Assembly: GCA_040752695.1 (NCBI GenBank)
Contig: JBFMGO010000014.1
Span: 1-64,000 of the forward strand
Direction: 5' to 3'
Length of the DNA: 64,000 bases
From: a bacterium
GTDB taxonomy: Bacteria; SZUA-182; DTGQ01
Part shown: in pieces, positions 56,831 through 64,000 of the stretch
Position numbering within the stretch: position 1 is the stretch's first letter
Layout of the letters: the number at the start of each line of letters is the position of its first letter
Notes under the pieces: generated by a model
The model's input: the letters and a program-made list of their open reading frames with translations, nothing else
Told to the model about the DNA's origin: nothing
Databases searched by the model: none
Translations under genes and position numbers: made by a program

Positions 56831-57835
56831 ATGTTACCATCGAGCATTTCCTCTCTGATTGGTGAAGACCTGTGCAAGGTCGATCAGCATCTCAAAAGTT
56901 TATTGGAATCGGATAATCCTCTTATTTCGCAAATCGGAAATTACATTTGTCAAAGCGGCGGCAAACGGGTGCGCCCAATCTTACTGCTGCTGAGTGCCCG
57001 GATGGCAGGCTGCGAAAGTCAGCAGCCAATGGATGACGAAAGCCGCAAAGAGCGGGCTGTCCATCTGGCCAGTATCGTAGAGTTTATTCATGCAGCTACA
57101 TTGCTGCATGATGACGTAATCGATGAGGCTCATCTTCGCAGGGGCAATCCTTCAGCCAACCGAAAATGGGGAAACCAGTTGCCTGTGCTGGTGGGAGACT
57201 ATTTGTATGCCACTTCATTTTACCTGCTGGTCAAAGATAACGATACCAGAATGATGGAAACGGTATCCATGGCCACGGCCACGGTAACGAATGGTGAGAT
57301 CCTGCAATTGCAAAAAGCCGGGGACCTGTTTATCAAGGAAGACGAATATATCGAAATCATTGCCAAAAAAACCTCCTGCCTGATGGCGGCCAGTTGCCGG
57401 ATCGGTGCTTTCCTGGGAGAGGTTTCACAAGAGCACGTCAAGGCCCTCCATGACTATGGAACAGATGTCGGCATTGCCTTTCAACTGGTGGATGACCTTT
57501 TGGATTACATCTCCTATGAAGAAAAGCTTGGTAAGCCGGTCAATAATGACCTGAAGGGGGGAAACTGTACGCTGCCTCTGATCCGGACCCTGCAAGTGGC
57601 ATCGGCGGAGGAAGTAAACCGGATTTGTCAGGCACTTTCCAGGCCGGCTTTCTCCAGAGAGGATTTAGCCTGGATCGTGAGCCTGATCAAAACCTACGAA
57701 GCAGATACATATACCATGGATCGGGCAGCCTGGTATGTGCAAAAGGCCAAGAACAGGCTGGCCATGTTCGGGGATTCCGCTTACCGGCAGGCTCTCCTGG
57801 AATTTTCAGATTATATCGTACAGAGGGATTTTTAA
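56831..57835 (+). CDS. Polyprenyl diphosphate synthase (IspB/HepT-like)
   Basis: GGKRVRP, LLHDDVID..RRG, KT and FQLVDDLLD. Confidence 0.93.
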   Translation: MLPSSISSLIGEDLCKVDQHLKSLLESDNPLISQIGNYICQSGGKRVRPILLLLSARMAGCESQQPMDDESRKERAVHLASIVEFIHAATLLHDDVIDEAHLRRGNPSANRKWGNQLPVLVGDYLYATSFYLLVKDNDTRMMETVSMATATVTNGEILQLQKAGDLFIKEDEYIEIIAKKTSCLMAASCRIGAFLGEVSQEHVKALHDYGTDVGIAFQLVDDLLDYISYEEKLGKPVNNDLKGGNCTLPLIRTLQVASAEEVNRICQALSRPAFSREDLAWIVSLIKTYEADTYTMDRAAWYVQKAKNRLAMFGDSAYRQALLEFSDYIVQRDF

Positions 57836-57870
57836 TTACTCATACCGTGAAAAAAGTACATCTGACGTTT

Positions 57871-58884
57871 ATGAGAGGAGCCCTGGCTCTGGCTTTCGCC
57901 AGTGCGGTCTTATGGCTGATCCCGTCCTGTAAGCTCCCCTTTACCCAATCTGCCAGGGTTTACCAAAGAGAGAGATTTTTAATGGGGACCCTCGTCTCCA
58001 TATCGGTGGTGTCCGATCAAAAGGATCGGGCCATGACAGCTATGGATCAGGCCTTTTCGGTTTTGCAGGATATCGAAAACCAGGCCAGCAAAAGAATCCT
58101 CACCAGCCTGACCAGCAAGATTAACCGGGCTGCGGGCCAAAACGGTATTCCTGTCTCTTCGCCTTTTCTGGAAATGATCGCCAAATCCCTTGAATGTTCC
58201 AAAATGACCCACGGTGCCTTTGATGTTACAGTCGGGCCTGTTACCGAGCTCTATCATTTCGAGGATGGGCAGGGAGTTCTCCCTGATCCAGAGGCAATCA
58301 GGCAATTACTGCCCCTGGTCGATTATCGGAATATCCGCATCGACAAGGAGTTAAGGACCGTCATGCTGACCATGGCCGGAACCGGGATTGACCTGGGAGG
58401 AGTCGCCAAAGGGTTTGGAGTGGATCAGGCGGTGAAGTCGCTTCAGGAAAGTGGACTGCCGGCTGGCATTGTCAACGCCGGAGGGGATATCCGGCTCTTT
58501 GGCTGCAAGCCTGGACAAAAGCCGTGGGTCATTGGAATCCAGCATCCCCGGCAATCCGACAAGGTCATAGCTTCTTTGGAGATTACCGATAAGTCGATTG
58601 TTACTTCAGGGGATTACGAGCGGTTCTTTATCCAGGATAATGTCCGCTATCACCACATCCTCGATCCTGCGACCGGCCTGCCCGCCAGAGGCTGCCAGAG
58701 TGTAACCATTGTCTCTGAAACCGCTCTTTTTGGAGATGCCTTAAGTACCGGGGTCTTCGTCCTTGGCCCGGAAAAAGGGATTGCACTGATCGAAAGCCTG
58801 CCTGGCGTCGAAGGACTCATTATTGACCAGGAGGGCAAGCCCACAGTCTCCTCTGGCCTGCGGTCTTCGCTCGTTTGGAGGTAA
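57871..58884 (+). CDS. apbE: FAD:protein FMN transferase (ApbE)
   Basis: MGT, GAFDVT, DLGGVAKG, TSGDYER, HHILDP and DALST; alternative GTG start at 57847. Confidence 0.93.
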   Translation: MRGALALAFASAVLWLIPSCKLPFTQSARVYQRERFLMGTLVSISVVSDQKDRAMTAMDQAFSVLQDIENQASKRILTSLTSKINRAAGQNGIPVSSPFLEMIAKSLECSKMTHGAFDVTVGPVTELYHFEDGQGVLPDPEAIRQLLPLVDYRNIRIDKELRTVMLTMAGTGIDLGGVAKGFGVDQAVKSLQESGLPAGIVNAGGDIRLFGCKPGQKPWVIGIQHPRQSDKVIASLEITDKSIVTSGDYERFFIQDNVRYHHILDPATGLPARGCQSVTIVSETALFGDALSTGVFVLGPEKGIALIESLPGVEGLIIDQEGKPTVSSGLRSSLVWR

Positions 58885-58908
58885 AAAGCCATTAAGGTTT
58901 TCCGTGCT

Positions 58909-59283
58909 TTGACCCTGGGGGACAAGGTCCTGATTTTCCTTTTGATTCTCATCAACCTTGGCTCTGTTTTCTTCCTCGGCAGGATGGGGAAAAGTAAACA
59001 GGTGATTATCCAGGTGGATCAGAAAGTTGTGGGCATCTATGACCTCCATGCCCCTGCCGCAAGGAGGGTGGTGGTCCAGGGGCCTTTGGGCGATTCGGAA
59101 GTCGAAATTCAAGGGGGAAAGGTAAGAATGCTCCGATCTGCCTGCCCTGGTAAGACCTGCCAGAAGGCCGGCTGGATCAGCGGTCAGGGACAGATCATCT
59201 GCTGTGTACCCAACAAGGTCCTGATTCGCATATCAGGCGATGAGAGCGACCCTTCACTCCACCTGGATGGTATTGCCCAGTGA
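58909..59283 (+). CDS. NusG domain II-containing membrane protein
   Basis: GD + TM, GPLG, CP.K.C...GWI and IICCVPNKV. Confidence 0.85.
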   Translation: MTLGDKVLIFLLILINLGSVFFLGRMGKSKQVIIQVDQKVVGIYDLHAPAARRVVVQGPLGDSEVEIQGGKVRMLRSACPGKTCQKAGWISGQGQIICCVPNKVLIRISGDESDPSLHLDGIAQ

Positions 59284-59351
59284 AATGGAGGGGAGGGGAG
59301 AAGAAAGAGAAGCAAAGGGCAGAGAAGCAAAAGGCAAAGAGAAACAATATC

Positions 59352-59933
59352 ATGGATAGATCTCAGAGACAAAAGAAAATCAACCGCACCATTCTCCTTT
59401 CTCTCTTATCGAGTATGGCCGTAATCTTTTTCGTTGTTGAATCGGCCATCCCGAACCCCGTACCCTGGCTGAGATTGGGTCTGGCCAATATCGTGGTCAT
59501 GGTGGCTATCGTTTTCTACGGGGTGAAGGACGGGCTTTTGGTGTCATTCCTGCGGGCCATGGCAGGGTCTATGATTGTGGGAACCTTCCTGGGGCCGAGC
59601 TTCTGGCTGAGCATATCGGGAGGTCTGGCCAGCGCGCTGATCATGGGCCTATTATACCGGTTTTGTTCACCCTTTTTCAGCCTGATCGGCATCAGCATTG
59701 TCGGTGCCTATACCCACAGCCTGACTCAGATGGTGCTGGTCTTTGTATTTCTCATCCAGCGCAGGGAGATTTTTTACCTCCTGCCGGTTATTCTCTTTAG
59801 TGCTCTGGCCACCGGGTTTATTAACGGCCTGGCCGCTACATTTCTGGTAGAGCAGTTGCACAGGGTTCTCTCCCGTTCCATGCATGCGGCTATTCTTAAG
59901 GGCCAGGGCATGCATGAAGGGCAGGGCCTGTAA
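59352..59933 (+). CDS. Gx transporter (heptaprenyl diphosphate synthase component I-like) family protein
   Basis: ES.IP.PVPWLRLGLAN, LR, S.SGG and GISIVGA..H...Q. Confidence 0.85.
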   Translation: MDRSQRQKKINRTILLSLLSSMAVIFFVVESAIPNPVPWLRLGLANIVVMVAIVFYGVKDGLLVSFLRAMAGSMIVGTFLGPSFWLSISGGLASALIMGLLYRFCSPFFSLIGISIVGAYTHSLTQMVLVFVFLIQRREIFYLLPVILFSALATGFINGLAATFLVEQLHRVLSRSMHAAILKGQGMHEGQGL

Positions 59934-59978
59934 AAAAGAGTCCTGAAGCTGATCCTCCTGGGCAGGGAAGAAGTGCAC

Positions 59979-60118
59979 TTATTGCTGGCTCTCGAAACGC
60001 TGCTGCAAGAAATGGTAGGTTCTCTCAAGCTCAGGAAAATACTGTTTGATGTGGCCATAAATTCGCTTGGATGTTTCTTTATCGTAGACATGAAAGGTTT
60101 CATTCAAAACCAGATTTC
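59979..60118 (-). pseudogene. Relic of an HI0074-type HEPN nucleotidyltransferase substrate-binding gene
   Basis: EIWF, then in a shifted frame NETFHVYDKETSKRIYGHIKQYFPEL (NxTxHxY HEPN-like). Confidence 0.4.
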
Positions 60119-60130
60119 TATATTTTTTAT

Positions 60131-60160
60131 TTGACTTCTTGATCTATGACCTGATAAAAT
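60131..60160 (+). promoter_or_regulatory. sigma70 promoter
   Basis: TTGACT-N18-TAAAAT with extended TGn. Confidence 0.55.
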
Positions 60161-60276
60161 CATTATAATGAATGCTATATGAAAACCCTATTAACTCATA
60201 TAATTTTACTCTAAAACCCTATTAACCCATAGAACGATTTTTCTCCCCAGAAGTCGAACAGAAGGTTTCAGCAACT

Positions 60277-61212
60277 TTGTTAAAAAAGAAGGTATATTTC
60301 TTTATATTTTGTTTTATCTTTTTTATTCCTCTCCTTGTGACTGCCCAAACACTTGATATTCCAAAACCGAGCAGGCCCAGTCGTTATAGTCAAGGATTAA
60401 TTCCTCAGACGCAACCCTTACTGAGTGCGTTGCCGGATGAAGAAGAAATCCTGCGGCTGGCTTCGGGAACTACGATCCCATTATTTCCGCTTCCTGATGT
60501 CCGCTCTTTTACTACCAATGCACCTCAGTACCCGGCAACCTTCACCCCGGTTTCACTCTTACCCTCTGGGGGGGCAGGATCAGGTCCGATAGGATCGGCA
60601 AGCTCAACAGACCTGACAGGATCGATCCCTCAAATCATCTCGGCCTATTATCCGCCGGCCAGTACTTCCGCAACTATGCCAGGGAATGCTGACTCCCGCC
60701 AGGCTCAGTATTGGGAAGGATATGGTCCGATCGGCCAGCAGGCCCAAGCCGCACCTGTCTTGGTAAGCGGTCCCTTTGTACAGCCATCTTTCACTCAACC
60801 GGCATTACCGGCCACTCCTCCGACTACGGGGCAGGGGTTCGGGCCGGCTCCTTATTCTGCACCTTCTCCTCAGCCGGTCCCTCTGCCAGGGCCATATCAG
60901 CAGCCATGGCCTCAGCAACCACTGGTCCCATTAGCCCAGCAACCGGGAATTCGGCAGACAGCATGGACTCAGGTCCCTGTCGTCCAGCCGCTCCAGGCAG
61001 CCGATGCTTTCCTCTTGGGATATCCAGCGCCATTCTGGCCGGGGGCACCATCGTCTCCCTATTATCCTCCTCAAGTGTCTCCTTTTGGACTCAGTTTCTC
61101 TCCATCTCCTTTGGGGCTGGTTCATTATGGAAACGCATTTTTTACCGCTGCACATTATTCTGCCCCATTTCAGTCTTATCCTTTTTCTCCCTTCTTTGGG
61201 CCGGTTTTATAA
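60277..61212 (+). CDS. Exported Pro/Gln/Ser-rich low-complexity protein
   Basis: KKK plus a hydrophobic signal peptide (VTA/Q); long open frame. Confidence 0.6.
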   Translation: MLKKKVYFFIFCFIFFIPLLVTAQTLDIPKPSRPSRYSQGLIPQTQPLLSALPDEEEILRLASGTTIPLFPLPDVRSFTTNAPQYPATFTPVSLLPSGGAGSGPIGSASSTDLTGSIPQIISAYYPPASTSATMPGNADSRQAQYWEGYGPIGQQAQAAPVLVSGPFVQPSFTQPALPATPPTTGQGFGPAPYSAPSPQPVPLPGPYQQPWPQQPLVPLAQQPGIRQTAWTQVPVVQPLQAADAFLLGYPAPFWPGAPSSPYYPPQVSPFGLSFSPSPLGLVHYGNAFFTAAHYSAPFQSYPFSPFFGPVL

Positions 61213-61236
61213 ACCAGGCTCTTTCTCCAGCAAGGC

Positions 61237-61265
61237 TTGACCCTCTGTCCCGAATCTGTTAGACT
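61237..61265 (+). promoter_or_regulatory. sigma70 promoter for the J-domain gene
   Basis: TTGACC-N17-TAGACT with extended TGn. Confidence 0.5.
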
Positions 61266-61363
61266 AAAGAAAGATATGTTGAGAACATGAGCATTAACTG
61301 CTTGATTAATGGCCAGATACATAATTCCGGCCGGTTTTTTGCTTCAGGTGAAGCAGGTTTATC

Positions 61364-62275
61364 ATGCAAAAGAAAAACTATTATGAAATTCTGGGTATCA
61401 GATCCGACGCCACGGCTGAGGAAATAAAAAAAGCCTACCGCTCCCTGGCTTTAAAGTATCATCCTGACCGAAATACTGCGCCCGATGCAGCCGAAAAGTT
61501 CAAGGAGATTACGGCTGCTTACGGAGTACTCATCGACGAAAATAAACGAAGGGAATACGATCGGTTCCAGGCAGCCGGGCAAGCTGGCAGAAGAGGCGGA
61601 TACGAGTACCGCAGCCAGCAGCAGCAAGGTCAGGATTTCCGGTATTCTCAGGAAGATATCTTTCGTGATCTGTTCAACAACCCCTTCTATACTACCATTT
61701 TTCGGGAGCTGCACAGGGAATTTTCCAAAAGTGGATATACCTTTAATGAGGAGTTTTTCCGGAAGGTATTCTCGGGCTATGCGCAGGGCATCTTCTTTAC
61801 CGGCTGGGTCTATGGCTTTCCAGGAGGAGGAAGGGGAGGGAGGCAACACGGCAGCGGCGGTAGTATCAGCGGTACTTTTTCCGACCTTTTCGGCCTCTCG
61901 ATGGAAGAGATAGGGGATGTTCCTATCAGGCTCTCCCCTGCTTCAGCAGGTTTAAAGGGCACATTGCGCCATTGGGGACATAAGCTGAAAGGATTGATCC
62001 TTCCTGATCACAACCAGGGACAGGAAGAGGACAGGAAGGCCATTCAGCGATCAGAACTCGGGTTATCGTATGAGCTTGGCATTACCCGGCGGGAAAGCGC
62101 TGAAGGAGCCCAAAAAGACCTGATCTTCGATAAAGGGGATTCTGCGGAAAGATTGGTGGTCACTATTCCCCCCGGTGTTCGTGATGGCACTAAACTGCGA
62201 CTCAAAGGGAAAGGCAAGGCTAACTCACGCGGAGAAACCGGGGATATTTACCTTACTATCAGAATCCAGGATTAG
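61364..62275 (+). CDS. DnaJ-class (CbpA-like) J-domain protein
   Basis: YYEILG, HPD, a G/F-rich region and a single C-terminal [16 protein letters not shown] domain; no Zn finger. Confidence 0.85.
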   Translation: MQKKNYYEILGIRSDATAEEIKKAYRSLALKYHPDRNTAPDAAEKFKEITAAYGVLIDENKRREYDRFQAAGQAGRRGGYEYRSQQQQGQDFRYSQEDIFRDLFNNPFYTTIFRELHREFSKSGYTFNEEFFRKVFSGYAQGIFFTGWVYGFPGGGRGGRQHGSGGSISGTFSDLFGLSMEEIGDVPIRLSPASAGLKGTLRHWGHKLKGLILPDHNQGQEEDRKAIQRSELGLSYELGITRRESAEGAQKDLIFDKGDSAERLVVTIPPGVRDGTKLRLKGKGKANSRGETGDIYLTIRIQD

Positions 62276-62297
62276 GAGCAGAGCTTTTCAATTCACT

Positions 62298-62585
62298 TCA
62301 CTCAATCACCCTGGGCACGGCAAAAAAGTCGTTATCCCTTTCCGGAGCAGCAGCCAGGACCTTTTCGGTGGGATAAGAGGGCTGCATTTCATCCTCTCGC
62401 ATCACGTTTTCCAGTGGTAGAACGTGTGAGGTTGGCGGAACATTTGTCGTATCTAATTCATTCAGCTTGTCCATATACAGCAAGATACTATCCAACTGCT
62501 GGGTAAATAATCCCTTTTCTTCATCAGAGAGCTTCAGTCTGGCCAATTTAGCCACGTATTCCACTTCATCGATGGTAATTTTCAT
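62298..62585 (-). CDS. gatC: Asp/Glu-tRNA amidotransferase subunit C
   Basis: V.YVAKLARL, LDT.NVPPT, NVMRED and F.VPRVIE. Confidence 0.95.
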   Translation of the reverse strand: MKITIDEVEYVAKLARLKLSDEEKGLFTQQLDSILLYMDKLNELDTTNVPPTSHVLPLENVMREDEMQPSYPTEKVLAAAPERDNDFFAVPRVIE

Positions 62586-62636
62586 GTACTCGTCTCCTTG
62601 TTTTAAGCATACATACAACGGTGAAAAAATCTTTTA

Positions 62637-64000
62637 TTATATTTTTTTCAGCCTGGCATATTTAACCAGGAGCTTCTTTCGCAATCCGCCAAAGTTAACC
62701 GAGACTTTGGTATGTTCCCCTTCTCCTTCACAATGGAATATCACTCCCTCTCCCCACTGTTCATGATAGACCCGGTCACCGGGTTGAAGTTTTCCGTTTC
62801 CTTTTTTTTCGTCCGGGGTTTGATTTTCCCATCCCTTAGAGGAGAAAAACTGCTTTGGAGCTTTTTCCGTCCTGGCAGTGGCTGCAAAGGGGACCGCTCC
62901 TCTTACTGCCTCAGGAGTGCAAGCGGCGTTTCTCCGGGCTGCTTTTGCCTCTGTCGTGCCGGGGGTGCCAAGGCAGAAAAAATCCTGAGGGATTTCCTCG
63001 ATGAACCGGGAGATTTCCGTTTCCTGGATAGTTCCATAAATCATCCTCTGCTCTGCCCGTGTGAAGAAGAGCTGATTTCTGGCGCGGGTCATGCCCACAT
63101 AGCACAGCCTGCGCTCCTCCTCCAGATCCTCCGCGTTCATGGTGCTGCGGGCCAGGGGGAAGAGCTTTTCTTCCATGCCGGTTATAAAAACCACGGGGAA
63201 TTCCAACCCCTTAGCGCTGTGTACCGTCATCAGGGTCACTGCTCCGGATCCTTCGTGGTATTCATCGATATCGGAAAGGAGACTGACATAGTCGAGAAAT
63301 TCCTCCAGACTGCTGTCCGGATTCTGGCTTTCGAAGTGCCGAATACCGGATTGCAGCTCCTTGACATTCTCGATCCGCGCCTCTGCCTGGTCTGTCTGTT
63401 CCTCTTGCAGGTAAGCGAAGTAATCGATATCTTTCAGGACAAGGTCCAAAAGTTGTGAGAGAGTGTGGCCTTCGCAAAAGTCTTTCCACTTCTTGAGAGA
63501 TTGGAGGAAAGTACTCACATGGTGCCTTTGAGTGGAATTCAGCTCCTGGGTCTTGAGAATAGCAATAAGAGCCTGACCGAAGGTGATGCGGTTTTCATCA
63601 GCCAGGGCTTCGATTTTGGCCAGGCTGGTCTGGCCTATCTTTCTTGGCGGTACATTGATGATCCGCTGCAAACTCAGCCGGTTATCCGGGTTTGAGATTA
63701 CTTTCAGGTAGGCGATAAGGTCTTTTATTTCCTTGCGCTCATAGAATTTCAATCCGCCAACGATCTGATAGGGGATGCCATCGTTACGCAGGGCCTCTTC
63801 AATGGTTCGTGATTGGGCATTGGTTCGATAAAGAATGGCAAAATCGCGATAATCGGAAAAACCGCAAACCTTTAGCTTGCGGACCTTTTGGCTGATATAC
63901 CGGCTTTCTGCCTGCTCGTCCTGTGCCTCGTGGAGCGTGATCCCGGTTCCTTCCTCGTTTTCCGTCCACAGTTTTTTGACCTTTCGCAGGTTATTGTGGC
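62637..64000 (-). CDS. pcrA: ATP-dependent DNA helicase PcrA/UvrD (5' part outside the window)
   Basis: ILYRTNAQSR, FYERKEIKD, LMTVHSAKGLEF, EEERRLCYVGMTRA and a C-terminal Tudor-like domain. Confidence 0.95.
   Translation of the reverse strand, partial: HNNLRKVKKLWTENEEGTGITLHEAQDEQAESRYISQKVRKLKVCGFSDYRDFAILYRTNAQSRTIEEALRNDGIPYQIVGGLKFYERKEIKDLIAYLKVISNPDNRLSLQRIINVPPRKIGQTSLAKIEALADENRITFGQALIAILKTQELNSTQRHHVSTFLQSLKKWKDFCEGHTLSQLLDLVLKDIDYFAYLQEEQTDQAEARIENVKELQSGIRHFESQNPDSSLEEFLDYVSLLSDIDEYHEGSGAVTLMTVHSAKGLEFPVVFITGMEEKLFPLARSTMNAEDLEEERRLCYVGMTRARNQLFFTRAEQRMIYGTIQETEISRFIEEIPQDFFCLGTPGTTEAKAARRNAACTPEAVRGAVPFAATARTEKAPKQFFSSKGWENQTPDEKKGNGKLQPGDRVYHEQWGEGVIFHCEGEGEHTKVSVNFGGLRKKLLVKYARLKKI

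Overview
A 64 kb chromosomal window from an anaerobic diderm bacterium (kdsB and GT9 imply LPS; a Desulfobacterota/Nitrospirota-like affiliation is only a guess). Housekeeping genes include argC/argJ, rplM and rpsI (unusually split by two inserted genes), kdsB, dgt, fumC, trxB, a polyprenyl synthase-ApbE-NusG-II-Gx cluster, gatC and a partial pcrA. It also carries a selenocysteine formate dehydrogenase (fdnGHI with in-frame UGA and SECIS), several glycosyltransferases and a sigma54-driven Tad/Flp pilus locus with an extra small pilin and a pilin relic that the ORF track misses. Two loci stand out as possibly undescribed systems. (1) 12.6-18.0 kb: CS1/CFA-I-like Ig-fold pilins, a tandem chaperone-like protein and a lipoprotein secretin, with no usher. 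(2) 23.0-32.6 kb: divergent TrpC, TrpF and TrpD paralogues lacking anthranilate-binding residues, a RibD-type reductase, an acetylene-hydratase-like Mo/W enzyme and an MFS transporter, interrupted by a 341-bp exact duplication and two toxin-antitoxin modules. Short tandem duplications at gene boundaries and inside genes are pervasive. No rRNA, tRNA, CRISPR array, integrase or transposase was recognised. All assignments come from motif reading by eye; no database searches were run.
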